Shown here: piece after piece, positions 10,065-20,318 of the stretch
Position numbering within the stretch: position 1 is the first letter of the stretch
How the letters are laid out: each line of letters starts with the position of its first letter
Sequence record: NC_028248.1
Direction: 5' to 3' (one strand)
Source of the DNA: Escherichia phage slur16
Length of the DNA: 64,000 bases
Notes under the pieces: model-generated
Told to the model about the DNA's origin: nothing
Seen by the model: only the letters and a program-made list of their open reading frames with translations
Databases searched by the model: none
Made by a program: the position numbers and the translations under genes

Positions 10065-11441
10065 TTATTCAGTCATTGCAACAGCATTGGTGGATTTAGA
10101 ACCAACTTTGTCCAGAAGGACGTTGATCCGGATACGAACGAAGTGCAGGGCGTTGTTATACACCAGTTCTACTTTCACACCTTCCAGAACACGAGCAGCC
10201 AACTGATTGGTTGGAATCTCTGCACGTTTAGGAACTGTGATGATCGGGTCGTAGAACACATTGTTGTCTTCGTCAAAACCTGTCAGGATCGCACCATTCT
10301 TAATGCCAGTGTTGATTGGGTTGTTCATCAGGACAGACTTGATAACCGGAAGATCATCATCAGACATCTTCATGCTTAAACCCATGTTGGAGCGACGATG
10401 CATGTACCCAAACATAGATTCTTCAGATCTGAACTTGATCCAGTGTGCAAAACGAATAGCGTCTGCATACTGACCTGAAGCACACTTACCTTCCCAGAAA
10501 GCGCCAACACCGTTAATCATTCTGTAGAAGTTAACGTGGTTTTCCCAAATAGCCATACGCTGAGTTAAAGTCAGAGACGGTGCAATCACACCTGGCATCT
10601 GTTTTAAGTGCAAGCTGTCGCCGTAGGACGGATCGTTGGATGCCATAGCACCTATGATACCACCCTCCGGGAAGTCCTTATCTGCACGAGGATCGTACAT
10701 GCCAACACTGTCATATTGTGCAGCTTTCAGTTTGGTAGCGATGTTACTATCTTTGCCAGTCACATCTTCTGCAGTAGAGTAGACGTGCAGCTTGTAGTTG
10801 GCCTGAGCCCACTTAGCACATGCTTCAATGTCGGTGTGGTCTTCATGGCACAGGAAGTACCAATTGTCCCGCTCAGCATTGATCTTATCAACTACTGTAG
10901 AAGGTTTTTCAGCATTGGCGATATTTTTAATTGTATAGTTACCAGTATGATAACCTACAGTGCAGTCACCAGTGATGGTGATAACACCGTCTTCAGCCGC
11001 TACAGTGATATCGTCCAAGTTATCATCTGCTTCGATTTTAGTCTTCATGGACTCTGCGATCTGAGTTGCAGCTGTCCCACCAGAGATAGGAACTATCAAA
11101 GAGGTATTGTAGCCACCTTTTGCAATAGTCATTACTACATCGGTATCAGCTGCGGCAGCAATACCTTTAAAATCTACAGTGGTTTTTTCTTTGGCCTGTC
11201 TGCCGATCATAACATATTGTGGAGGGAATACACCACCAAAAGCTTTTGCTGCAAACTCATACGCTGCAGAGCCTTGTGCGAAACCATCTTCCACCATCTG
11301 ATCCAGCTCCGCATATACGCGAGCTCGCTCAGTAAAGTTGTTGTGGATAGCGATGAACAGGGGAGTTTCGAAACCTACAGTGTCAATAGGTTGGGTTCCG
11401 AGGTTAACTGTAACATCTACCACTTTATCTAAATATGGCAT
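10065..11441 (-). CDS. contractile tail sheath protein
   Basis: 458 aa ORF preceding the tube gene; size and order typical of myovirus sheath. Confidence 0.7.
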   Translation of the reverse strand: MPYLDKVVDVTVNLGTQPIDTVGFETPLFIAIHNNFTERARVYAELDQMVEDGFAQGSAAYEFAAKAFGGVFPPQYVMIGRQAKEKTTVDFKGIAAAADTDVVMTIAKGGYNTSLIVPISGGTAATQIAESMKTKIEADDNLDDITVAAEDGVITITGDCTVGYHTGNYTIKNIANAEKPSTVVDKINAERDNWYFLCHEDHTDIEACAKWAQANYKLHVYSTAEDVTGKDSNIATKLKAAQYDSVGMYDPRADKDFPEGGIIGAMASNDPSYGDSLHLKQMPGVIAPSLTLTQRMAIWENHVNFYRMINGVGAFWEGKCASGQYADAIRFAHWIKFRSEESMFGYMHRRSNMGLSMKMSDDDLPVIKSVLMNNPINTGIKNGAILTGFDEDNNVFYDPIITVPKRAEIPTNQLAARVLEGVKVELVYNNALHFVRIRINVLLDKVGSKSTNAVAMTE

Positions 11442-11513
11442 TTGTTTCCTCTTAATATCTGTGCACGGATATCAAACACGCAGTGTAATCATTACACTAC
11501 ACAATTATAACGA

Positions 11514-12065
11514 TTACTGACCACTGTCTGTAACCGATTTATCAGAATTGGGTGAAGGGAAGTGTGTGGTTATTTCAGCCTTAATTCCCTGAAGATCCTC
11601 AAAAGCCCCAATGTCTGTCTCAACAAACCTTACGTTAAATGTCAGCATTACCGTGGCTCTATTTTCATACGTCTGCTTATTCAACGGCACTCTTTGAGGT
11701 GAGATTGTTGAATTGTTAGAGTAGGCAAAGCACGATCCCAGAGGGAAATACTTGTCATAAAACATTGGAAGGTTTATTGCTTGCAATACTCTGCTAAGTG
11801 CAGCATATGCCCTGCCGCGATAAGCTGTTAACAGATAAGTAACAGTGTAACTGTGGGTGACGTAAGCATTACCTTCCGCATCTTGAAACTCATTATCTTC
11901 CCAAGTGGTGGGATTGATCGCCAGGGTTTGCAAAAGTACAAACTCACCTTCCGGCTTCGGTATGGTAGAGCTTTCTGCCAGAACTACAGTTCTTCCTGTG
12001 GCAACCTTGACAAGCTTAGCGATGGTTGTTTCAAGATCAGAAAAAACTTTTTCGAAAGCTTCCAT
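11514..12065 (-). CDS. tail completion / neck protein
   Basis: 183 aa ORF between head and tail modules; position only. Confidence 0.35.
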   Translation of the reverse strand: MEAFEKVFSDLETTIAKLVKVATGRTVVLAESSTIPKPEGEFVLLQTLAINPTTWEDNEFQDAEGNAYVTHSYTVTYLLTAYRGRAYAALSRVLQAINLPMFYDKYFPLGSCFAYSNNSTISPQRVPLNKQTYENRATVMLTFNVRFVETDIGAFEDLQGIKAEITTHFPSPNSDKSVTDSGQ

Positions 12066-12490
12066 CAGTTTTCTCCTTCAGGCTCTTCTACCACAAAAAA
12101 TCTATATCTTCCACCACCAGACGTGACATAAGCATCACATTTTAAAACGGTAAACCACTTCAGGTCACCACGGATGTCAGGCAGTTGAATTTGATCAGCC
12201 ATTGCATATGTTCCTTCGTCTGGACTATACAACTTGGTTGAGGAGTAAACTGTAAAAGCCTCGTACTGTCTGTCACCCTCAGGATTTATCTGGGAGGAGT
12301 AATCTTTAGCTGCCCTTCCTGTCAACGGCTGCACAACACACTCTAAGACATCAAACTCTTCATACTCAAGTTCTAACCCCTCGTTGGCAAAAGGGCCACC
12401 AACTGTTTTGTTATACACTCTGTGGCGACCTTTGAATGTTTTACGAGGTATTAGTCTGTTCTTTCCTATCAGCTTATAACCTGCTGCCAC
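12065..12490 (-). CDS. neck / tail terminator-like protein
   Basis: 141 aa ORF, start overlaps downstream gene. Confidence 0.35.
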   Translation of the reverse strand: MAAGYKLIGKNRLIPRKTFKGRHRVYNKTVGGPFANEGLELEYEEFDVLECVVQPLTGRAAKDYSSQINPEGDRQYEAFTVYSSTKLYSPDEGTYAMADQIQLPDIRGDLKWFTVLKCDAYVTSGGGRYRFFVVEEPEGEN

Positions 12491-12506
12491 TCAACCCCCC
12501 TTATTT

Positions 12507-12977
12507 TTACTGTCCGATTTTAAAGGTTGCAGATTCAAGCAGCACATCGTAATGCCGCATAGCCTCGTTGAAGCCTTTCTCTTGTGCCCACTGCTCGCTA
12601 ACAGTAGGATTACTAAACTGCCCAGCCTCAATAACAAACTGGATAGCTTTGGCCCCTGTGTCCCCCATCTGCTTAAGAATAGCCTCTGCACTCGATCCCC
12701 TAGCCATAGCTCTCAACAATTTTTCTGTCAAGGTCTGTAGTTGAGTACTATGAAATGCAAAAGCTGTCTCCATGAAATTGCGAACAGGCAGCCCGTTCCA
12801 ACCGAAGTTGTGAATGGCTGCCAATGTTGCCATATTTAAGCCTGACGGGTGAGGTTCGTCATAAAAGCCGTAGGTTATTGTTTTACTTTCAAGTCTCACA
12901 AGCTCTTTGTAGAAGCGATCTAAACGCTTTAGGTTGAACCTTGTTTGACATTTAACCTTTAGCATTATATCCCTCAC
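12507..12977 (-). CDS. head-tail joining protein
   Basis: 156 aa ORF in the head-tail connector region. Confidence 0.35.
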   Translation of the reverse strand: MRDIMLKVKCQTRFNLKRLDRFYKELVRLESKTITYGFYDEPHPSGLNMATLAAIHNFGWNGLPVRNFMETAFAFHSTQLQTLTEKLLRAMARGSSAEAILKQMGDTGAKAIQFVIEAGQFSNPTVSEQWAQEKGFNEAMRHYDVLLESATFKIGQ

Positions 12978-13018
12978 TAATGTATTTTACCACAAAGATG
13001 CATCAAAAGCAACAATTT

Positions 13019-13696
13019 TTAAAAACTGCGTTTGCGTCTTGGGTGGCGAGGAGGTTGGTTATTTAGACCACTGATAGGTGTAATCCCCTGGACATCGAAC
13101 GGTCCGTTGCTGTTTTCATTAAATTTAACCCGAATTCCTTCGTCTACACGAACACCACCAATGATAATCATTCTGCTGTAAGCATCTAACTCAGAATCTA
13201 CATAGTCTGGGTGTGCCAGCAGCCAATCAAGAAAATCCTTCCATTGGGCGTAGGAAGATCCACCACGAATCTCTATGGTCTCATCACCTATTTTTTCCAG
13301 ACGGGAAGTTATACTTGCATTACCACTGGACACTTCCTGCATCATCAGCCACCGCACAAGTTGCACAAGAACATTGTACTTAAGCAGCGGTAGCTTATCA
13401 GGATCTGCCGGATAATTTAGTTTCAACTTCTCCATGTCAAGGAATGTTTTAATTACCTCATCAGGGAGAGTTTCCTCATCAACATTGCCAAGCAATAACC
13501 TCATAATATCAATAAGAGGTTGGTCTGGATCAGGTTCCGGAGGCACAGGATCTTCTTTTGGTGGTTCTTCTGGGGTATCGACTACACCATCATGGTTAGG
13601 CGGTGACGGGATAATCTCTTCATCTTCATACCATGCCATTTGAAAATACCTCGTAAAAATAAAGCCCCATTCCTGATTTGGAAGGGGCCTTAACAA
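13019..13696 (-). CDS. head completion / connector protein
   Basis: 225 aa ORF with Pro/Glu/Asp-rich N-terminal segment. Confidence 0.35.
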   Translation of the reverse strand: MLRPLPNQEWGFIFTRYFQMAWYEDEEIIPSPPNHDGVVDTPEEPPKEDPVPPEPDPDQPLIDIMRLLLGNVDEETLPDEVIKTFLDMEKLKLNYPADPDKLPLLKYNVLVQLVRWLMMQEVSSGNASITSRLEKIGDETIEIRGGSSYAQWKDFLDWLLAHPDYVDSELDAYSRMIIIGGVRVDEGIRVKFNENSNGPFDVQGITPISGLNNQPPRHPRRKRSF

Positions 13697-13698
13697 AA

Positions 13699-14526
13699 TT
13701 ATGCCAGTGCAGCCTCAAAATCTTTCATCATATTTTGGAAAGTTTTTGCCTTACTTAAGGTAACACCGTACTCTTTAGCGAAGGTTTGGAGTGCATCTTT
13801 TGAACCACTTTTGTCATCTTCGTTGTTAAGAGCTGCGGCCTGTTTAAGGATTTCATCCTTATTCTCAACGGCTACAAATGAGGAAGAGGATACAGTCACA
13901 TCTTGCGGATCTGCTACAGTAACTTCACCGTCACCACCAGGTTCAGTAGGACCTACAGGTGGCTCCGGCTCTGGTTCAGGCGGTGGAGCTATCGTAGAGA
14001 CCAGTCCAAGATTTACAACCTGAGAACGTTTCTTAGGCCACTCAATGGTGAAAGTTTGGGTATCTTCTTCATAAACAATGTTGCATTGCTCATCGTTTAT
14101 GGTCACTTTTTTAGGCATCCCTACAGGGTCCCATAGATGGCCCTCTGCCACGGAAACTTGGAAAGCCGCATCTACCTCTTTAAACACTGACGGGGTGAGT
14201 GTGATATTGACATCCCCGCTTTGCAGTGTTAAAGTGCTTTCATCAAGGTTCTCTGTGAAGAACAGAAGAATAACACCCATACGGATAGTTGAAATACCAG
14301 TATCAATTGGCAGGCCTGTGTGTTTTGCAATCTTCTCGAAGAAGTCTACAATCGTTCTGCACGGATAGTGAACACTGCCAATAACGAATTCTGTTGGTGG
14401 CAGCAGGGCTGATAAACCAACATTGATTTCTGGATTGTATTGTGATAAAAATTGATAAAAACTTAACTGATTGTTGAAAACTCTTAATAGAGGATCATAC
14501 TCGACTGGATATACAGCTCTCTTCAC
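13699..14526 (-). CDS. head-associated structural protein
   Basis: 275 aa ORF directly downstream of capsid gene and terminator; PEPEPEPP linker. Confidence 0.35.
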   Translation of the reverse strand: MKRAVYPVEYDPLLRVFNNQLSFYQFLSQYNPEINVGLSALLPPTEFVIGSVHYPCRTIVDFFEKIAKHTGLPIDTGISTIRMGVILLFFTENLDESTLTLQSGDVNITLTPSVFKEVDAAFQVSVAEGHLWDPVGMPKKVTINDEQCNIVYEEDTQTFTIEWPKKRSQVVNLGLVSTIAPPPEPEPEPPVGPTEPGGDGEVTVADPQDVTVSSSSFVAVENKDEILKQAAALNNEDDKSGSKDALQTFAKEYGVTLSKAKTFQNMMKDFEAALA

Positions 14527-14550
14527 GGGACACTCCTGTTAAACCCTAAT

Positions 14551-14582
14551 AAATAAAAAGGGGAGGGGAGAACCCCCTCCCC
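14551..14582 (-). terminator. rho-independent terminator after major capsid gene
   Basis: Perfect hairpin GGGGAGGGG-AGAA-CCCCTCCCC; minus-sense U-run from plus 14551-14559. Confidence 0.7.
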
Positions 14583-14606
14583 ATATGGGATGAATCACCT
14601 TAGTGA

Positions 14607-15614
14607 TTATTCACTTTTCAGAGTTACTTTAACAACCAGCTCTGGACGGGTGTTAACTGCCAGCATAGAAGTTTCAGATTCAATCTTCTCTTCACGCAGG
14701 TATGCAGAGTGTTTATACCACATGTACAGTTCCTGTGCTGGAGTGTTTGCTTCGTTAACATCGTCTGCCGGAGCAAAGTGCAGCTGGAACATCTGATCAA
14801 TACCCATCGGCAGAATGCGAGCTTCTTTCTTAGGAATATTGCCAGAGATATCTTCGATAAAGGTGATACCTTTATGCTCAAACACACGGTATACGCTGTC
14901 TTGACCGCCAGCACCCAGACGGCGACGCAGAGGTTCCTGAGCAGAGCCGTAATAGGTGTATGCCAGTTCTACCAGCGGGTGATGAGTAACAGCACTGAAG
15001 AACTCCGGTGAGCACAGGGCTACAATGCGATAGCCAGCTGCGTTATCACCAGCTTGCAGTGCGATGTGCAGACGAGCTTCTTCCAGAACCTCCATAGGAT
15101 CCTGATCTGCTTTTGCAGGGTCGATCTCAACAGACTTCTGAGACACACCCCACAGAGTGTAGTAATCATACTGGCAGGTAGCGTCACCAGGTGCATAGGA
15201 TTTACCCAGAATAGCCTGGAACAGCGCTTTCTCACGCAGTGCTTCATGGGAAACACGGATACGGCGAACAACGCGGGTCACTACGTCCTGAACAGTTTTC
15301 GGAGCATCAGGGGTGAAGTAACGACGGAAGTTCTGGACATCTGCAGCAGTGATGCCTTTATCCAGAGGGAAGAACGGGATGTTCAGGTTTTTAACCTGAG
15401 CACGTTCATTACCAACGTAGTTACGCTCACCACCACGACGGCGTGCTGGAATGTCGGTTACAACTTCATCAACACGCTCAATCTGAGCAATTGTTGAGGT
15501 GCCGAGACGAGTTTCGAACAGATCCATACCGGTAATCAGGCGAAATTGACGCGGAACAAGGTCCAGAGTAGCACCTAAATCGACAATGCCAAATTCATCT
15601 TTACGAGTAATCAT
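14607..15614 (-). CDS. major capsid protein (lambda E-like)
   Basis: 335 aa ORF after decoration and scaffold genes, followed by strong terminator; composition resembles lambda gpE-type capsid proteins. Confidence 0.7.
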   Translation of the reverse strand: MITRKDEFGIVDLGATLDLVPRQFRLITGMDLFETRLGTSTIAQIERVDEVVTDIPARRRGGERNYVGNERAQVKNLNIPFFPLDKGITAADVQNFRRYFTPDAPKTVQDVVTRVVRRIRVSHEALREKALFQAILGKSYAPGDATCQYDYYTLWGVSQKSVEIDPAKADQDPMEVLEEARLHIALQAGDNAAGYRIVALCSPEFFSAVTHHPLVELAYTYYGSAQEPLRRRLGAGGQDSVYRVFEHKGITFIEDISGNIPKKEARILPMGIDQMFQLHFAPADDVNEANTPAQELYMWYKHSAYLREEKIESETSMLAVNTRPELVVKVTLKSE

Positions 15615-15666
15615 TTATTTCTCCAAAGTAAAACTTAAATATTTTTCCCGAACAATTTAGGGCTTA

Positions 15667-16053
15667 TTATTCACCAATAGTCTGGACGTGAACTTTGTTA
15701 CCTAAAGCTTCCAACTTATCCAGAATTCTTTGGTCTGCTTTAGCTCCATCTGCACCTAACAGCATGTCTTTTGCAAAGGTGACACCATGGACGGCAACAA
15801 CCAGGTTATAGGATTGTCCTACTTCTAACGGTTTTGCAAGATGAACCGTACCAGCATCTTTGACAAGAGCACGGTCAACAAGAACGCCGTACACATCAGA
15901 ACCGTCTGCGTTAGCGATGGTCCCGGTTTTTGTTACAACAGTGCCAGCGTGGTGATGCTCTGTCAGTGTTACCTTAATCTCTTTAAAATTGTAGCCAGCA
16001 TCGCTAGAATCAACTTTGCCGAGCACGATATCAGAATATTGAGCGGTAATCAT
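15667..16053 (-). CDS. head decoration protein (lambda D-like position)
   Basis: 128 aa Gly/Val/Ala-rich ORF immediately upstream of capsid gene. Confidence 0.5.
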   Translation of the reverse strand: MITAQYSDIVLGKVDSSDAGYNFKEIKVTLTEHHHAGTVVTKTGTIANADGSDVYGVLVDRALVKDAGTVHLAKPLEVGQSYNLVVAVHGVTFAKDMLLGADGAKADQRILDKLEALGNKVHVQTIGE

Positions 16054-16073
16054 TTATTTCCCCCGTTAATGTC

Positions 16074-17051
16074 TTATTTGTTAGATTCTGCACGTGCACG
16101 AGCAAGTGCTTTTGCAACGTTTTCAGCAAGAATTTCTTCTGCGGATTTTGCAATATCATCCACAACAGGTTCGCCATCATTACCATGTTCAGTGGTGGCA
16201 AACTCTTCTTTGGTTTTATGCACCTCTGCTTCCAGCTCTTCAATTTTTGCTTGAGCTTTCTCCAGCATAGCTACGATAGGTTCGTTAGCTTTTTCCAGCA
16301 TGAAGTCAACTAGGGTTGCATGATCTTCTTCACCAACAAAGCTTAAAGCTTGAGCCTTAGTCAGCATTTTAGCTTTTTCAACTTCAACCTGGGCCTTGAT
16401 GATTTCTTCAGCTTTACTCTGGGTTGCTTTCAGCTCTTCTACTTGCTTCAGCAGATCCAGATACTCTTTAGTTTTGGTTACGTCCACCGGATTCTCCTCG
16501 GTATTTGCGGATTTTGCAACATCATCCACCTCGGCAGTTTTATCCACCTCAGCAGGTTCCTGTACCGCCTTGATCAGGTTCCCTTCTTTATCGAAGAGAT
16601 CAGCGGTTACTTGTTCAAAAATCTGTTGTGTTTTTAACAGGCTGTACTGATCTACCACGCTAAGCTGCTTACCTTCTTTTGCAGCTTTATGAATGGTCAC
16701 GTTATCACAACGCTCTTCCAGCCATGCAATACAAGACTCTGCGTCAGCTTGCGCCCATTCCCAATCAGGATGCTCTTTGGCCCAAGCCTCCTCTTCAATC
16801 TCAAAACCAAGCATGTGTGCAAGTGCTTTAGCATCATCATACCACATATCGAAGAAACGACGCAGGTATTCTTCAAAACTAAGCTCCACAGTAACTTGGC
16901 GAAGTGCCTTAACAATATCGTCTGTTAACTGCTCAGGCTTAAGATCACTCTTCATCAAAAGAGATACAGGTCTGTTGTTAGCGCTATAGCCTTGCGCCTT
17001 ATGGCACAGGGCAATCCCCTTCTCTTTAATAGTAATCGTTTTTTCAGACAT
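16074..17051 (-). CDS. scaffolding protein
   Basis: 325 aa, acidic, C-terminal half is coiled-coil-like (EELKATQSKAEEIIKAQVEVEKAK...); between portal and capsid genes. Confidence 0.5.
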   Translation of the reverse strand: MSEKTITIKEKGIALCHKAQGYSANNRPVSLLMKSDLKPEQLTDDIVKALRQVTVELSFEEYLRRFFDMWYDDAKALAHMLGFEIEEEAWAKEHPDWEWAQADAESCIAWLEERCDNVTIHKAAKEGKQLSVVDQYSLLKTQQIFEQVTADLFDKEGNLIKAVQEPAEVDKTAEVDDVAKSANTEENPVDVTKTKEYLDLLKQVEELKATQSKAEEIIKAQVEVEKAKMLTKAQALSFVGEEDHATLVDFMLEKANEPIVAMLEKAQAKIEELEAEVHKTKEEFATTEHGNDGEPVVDDIAKSAEEILAENVAKALARARAESNK

Positions 17052-17470
17052 TATTCATTGCCCTCTTCTACAACACTGATCCCGAAGTTTACGTTGGTAA
17101 TTTCACCAGTTTCTTCATCAACATTACCTGTTGCCTGAATGCTTAGGCCACCAACAATGCCAGCCTTCTTAGCTTCCCATAATTCAGGATTATTGTATTT
17201 AACTTTAGCAACCCAAGAGCCAGCCTTGATGACCTGCTCAGTGCCAATTACTACAACATCAAACTCTTCTTGAATCCACGTCTTTTCAATAGTGAAAGCA
17301 TCTGTAGAGGTCAAGTGAAAAAGGTTTTCAGAAACTAGGCCTGCGGCGTATGCTGCGTCCCAGTTATCTTTAGCCTTTTTGATGGTGTCTTTACTCATCC
17401 ACTCACCGTGAGCATCTTTAGTGTCAGGCTCGTAGATGATTTCGTAGGAAATCATTTCTTCCTGTGGCAT
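17051..17470 (-). CDS. head morphogenesis protein (possible prohead protease)
   Basis: ORF between portal and scaffold; start placed at internal ATG 17470 to avoid 88 nt overlap with portal gene. Confidence 0.3.
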   Translation of the reverse strand: MPQEEMISYEIIYEPDTKDAHGEWMSKDTIKKAKDNWDAAYAAGLVSENLFHLTSTDAFTIEKTWIQEEFDVVVIGTEQVIKAGSWVAKVKYNNPELWEAKKAGIVGGLSIQATGNVDEETGEITNVNFGISVVEEGNE

Positions 17471-17537
17471 CTTATTCCCCATGTGGATTATTTTATCACG
17501 CCAAAGGAGGTTTTGCAACCCCCTGTGTTGATAATTT

Positions 17538-19094
17538 TTAATTTTCCATGTTGGATATGGAATTATCTCTGGTTGATGACATCTTAGAAGTGCCGTTGCC
17601 AGTGGATCCTGCAGCCATTCCATCACCAGCCCTACTAATGTCCTGGCCCAAGAGCTTCATCAGCTCTTCCTGATCCATGTCCTCGTCAAATCTTTCATCA
17701 AACCCGCCTACTTCAAGAATCTTATTAATTACTGCAGGAGTTTTTGGCAAGTAACCTACAGCACCGATCCTCTGGACAAACTTGGAGAAGCTCTCCATAT
17801 CCACTTCTTCAATCAGACCAGGTTTCAGTTTAGGCATATCATCATCTTCAAGGATGATACCATTCAATGCCAGAAGCTGCGGAATAAGATCTTTATTGAA
17901 GGCCTCAGTGATAATATCTATATCACGCTGAACAAAATGACCATGGATAGACTGTTTTGACTCAGACAGAGAGAAGGACCCAACGTTATCGTTACCGAGG
18001 TTAATAAAGCCAGCACCGAAACGGTCAAGAATCGCCTTCTTACGGGCATCAATCAAATCTTTAGTGGAATACTGCTTACCCATACCGTCAACCCCCTTCA
18101 GGGTCATGGAGTAAAGCTCTTTACCAGACTTATCTCTATCAGACGGAAGTATAAAGAAACTTTGCTCACCACTATGGGCGTTTGCTGCGTCAAGCATAAG
18201 GTCTGCAACCATTCTCCCTTCCATTGAATTCGGGTCAATGCTGGCCTTGTTCAAAATATTGGAAGGAATTTTCAGCTCAAGCACACCACCAAGGTCTTTG
18301 GAACAGCCAACAACCTCAAGGTTTTCAATCAGAACTTTCTCACGGAAAGATCTGTAGCAACCTATCATCGGTGACACACCTGCAGGGTTAGATTCTGTTC
18401 CTGACAGGGTCATGAGCATAAGCTTTTTAGCAGGGATGAAAATTTCAGGCTCATTAAAGCCTTTTGAAGGCATTGCAGCAAGAGGTCCAGCCCAGCGTGC
18501 ATTCTGAGTGTTTAGAAATGCATTAGGTGATTGATAAATACCTGTCAGTGTTCTACTATTCTTGTCAAAGACAAACGGCTCTGATCTGGACAAACTGGCC
18601 TGAGGTCGGAATGCAATTTTATCAATAAGAAGCATCCCGGCATATTTACCTTCTTTCTCTCTGCGGTATACTTTCTCAAACAGTGAAAAACCATACTCGT
18701 TAAAGGTAGCTGCACTTCTTGCAATATCTCGAAGAGTTTGTTGGTTTGCCAAATTACGCAAAGAATACTCTATAAGCTCGGCAGCTTTCTTAGAGTCTTC
18801 ACTTTTAACATTATAAAGGATCTTAAAATCATTAAATGCTTTCGTGATGAAAACATATTTTGTATCTAAGGCAGTAGCAACTGTGGAATCACATTTCATA
18901 GTCTCCACTGTAGCAATCAGCTGAGGCCAACGCAATTCCTCAACCATCATAGATTGCGATTCTGCCATAATTTGGGAAAGTGCGCCAGAACCGATCTCAC
19001 TCATACGAACATTATGAGTTGGTGCGCCTGCGTTCCCAGATTTATTCACAGTTTTGGCTGTGGCGTTGTGTTTCCTGCGGTTCTTTTTGGACAC
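17538..19094 (-). CDS. portal protein
   Basis: 518 aa ORF immediately downstream of terminase large subunit. Confidence 0.7.
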   Translation of the reverse strand: MSKKNRRKHNATAKTVNKSGNAGAPTHNVRMSEIGSGALSQIMAESQSMMVEELRWPQLIATVETMKCDSTVATALDTKYVFITKAFNDFKILYNVKSEDSKKAAELIEYSLRNLANQQTLRDIARSAATFNEYGFSLFEKVYRREKEGKYAGMLLIDKIAFRPQASLSRSEPFVFDKNSRTLTGIYQSPNAFLNTQNARWAGPLAAMPSKGFNEPEIFIPAKKLMLMTLSGTESNPAGVSPMIGCYRSFREKVLIENLEVVGCSKDLGGVLELKIPSNILNKASIDPNSMEGRMVADLMLDAANAHSGEQSFFILPSDRDKSGKELYSMTLKGVDGMGKQYSTKDLIDARKKAILDRFGAGFINLGNDNVGSFSLSESKQSIHGHFVQRDIDIITEAFNKDLIPQLLALNGIILEDDDMPKLKPGLIEEVDMESFSKFVQRIGAVGYLPKTPAVINKILEVGGFDERFDEDMDQEELMKLLGQDISRAGDGMAAGSTGNGTSKMSSTRDNSISNMEN

Positions 19095-19196
19095 AAGCTT
19101 TACCCCTCAAAACAGTATAACAAAATAGCCCTCGTGTTAGAGGGCTAGTATCTCCGATTACTCTATTCTACCACATCTAATTAAGATTGGCAACAC

Positions 19197-20318
19197 TTAG
19201 ATAAAACGCTTGAACATAGAAGGTGATGAGATTGATGGAATCACACAAGGAAGTGCTACTTCCTCTTTCTCCAGGAAATTAATAGCAGAAGCTACACAGT
19301 CAGCCCAGTCGTCTTTTCTGTTAAATGTTGATCTTTCCCCGTTGAATTTTTCAAGTTCAGTCAGAAATGCTTCCAGAGTATCAGGATGGAAACTGGATTT
19401 TACAATCCTCACCATTCCTTGTTGGGCAAGATTGGCAAAAGGTGAGAACCTTGTCAGTTTAGATTTGTTGGAAGGCATTGGGTCTTCTTCAACCCTAAAC
19501 CCTTCGGCAAGCAAGGATCTGGAGGAGGTTAAGAACTCACTCTTACCTGCCTGACCGGGGTCCACAGAGAATACGATTATACAATCATCACCATCAAACT
19601 GCGCCTGTTTCCTGATGATCACATCTCGTTCACCAGCCTTTTTACAGAACTTGCCTTCTAGACCTGTGGAATACCTCCCGTCATCCACGTTCTCAGGACA
19701 ATAATCACCGGACAGGTAATAAAAGCCGTCGCTATCTTTACTTACCTTAACACTGGCGGTAAAGTCAGGAAATTTATTACCGGAAGTTCTCTCGGTTCCT
19801 GCCTTATCCCATGCCCTGCAAGATACTGATCCAAGGGGTACTCTATCGGCATCACGAAGGAAAGATCTTTGAAAATAGTTTGCGCCCTCAGGCTTTGCAA
19901 ACCAGTTACCATGAAGAAGCTGAGCTTTTTCCAGTTCCGGCAGACCTTCAAGGAAAGCAAGGTATTCTGGGTTGTCTCTTAAGCAAACAGGATTATCGAA
20001 TATTGTTGCGCCTATAAACGAGAATGACAACGGTCTTGGCTTGATCTCCACACCAAGTCCGTTAACCGTGGTGTATTTCTCTATCAACTCTTCTTTAGAG
20101 TCCCCCCAGATAAATTCACCGTCGCGTCGGATAAAATATCTTTTCTTACCGCATTTCTCCGGATCTGGATACCCTTCATCGTCCAACCACCACCTAACCA
20201 GTTTGGCAAGCATGTGTTCTGAATCGGGGTTACAGCTGATAACCATTCTTGATGGATACTTTGACTGAGATCGCAGACGAGACATCAGATAGTCTATCTG
20301 CTCCCATTCGAATTGTGT
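19197..20318 (-). CDS. terL: terminase large subunit, exon 2 (nuclease domain)
   Basis: Contains ISCNP coupling motif and acidic nuclease-type C-terminal domain; frame stays open upstream of the ORF-track ATG to ~20321 (TTQFEWEQIDYLMSRL...); 3' splice site approximate. Confidence 0.75.
   Translation of the reverse strand, partial: TQFEWEQIDYLMSRLRSQSKYPSRMVISCNPDSEHMLAKLVRWWLDDEGYPDPEKCGKKRYFIRRDGEFIWGDSKEELIEKYTTVNGLGVEIKPRPLSFSFIGATIFDNPVCLRDNPEYLAFLEGLPELEKAQLLHGNWFAKPEGANYFQRSFLRDADRVPLGSVSCRAWDKAGTERTSGNKFPDFTASVKVSKDSDGFYYLSGDYCPENVDDGRYSTGLEGKFCKKAGERDVIIRKQAQFDGDDCIIVFSVDPGQAGKSEFLTSSRSLLAEGFRVEEDPMPSNKSKLTRFSPFANLAQQGMVRIVKSSFHPDTLEAFLTELEKFNGERSTFNRKDDWADCVASAINFLEKEEVALPCVIPSISSPSMFKRFI

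Noticed and set aside
12491-12691. 66 aa minus-strand ORF overlapping gene 12507-12977
   Set aside because: Alternative frame fully inside a longer, better-supported ORF; no independent RBS.
14624-15497. Antisense and shadow ORFs inside the major capsid gene (14624-14914, 14709-15011, 15020-15271, 15054-15497)
   Set aside because: All lie within or opposite the 335 aa capsid ORF and have atypical composition; the single long frame is the real gene.
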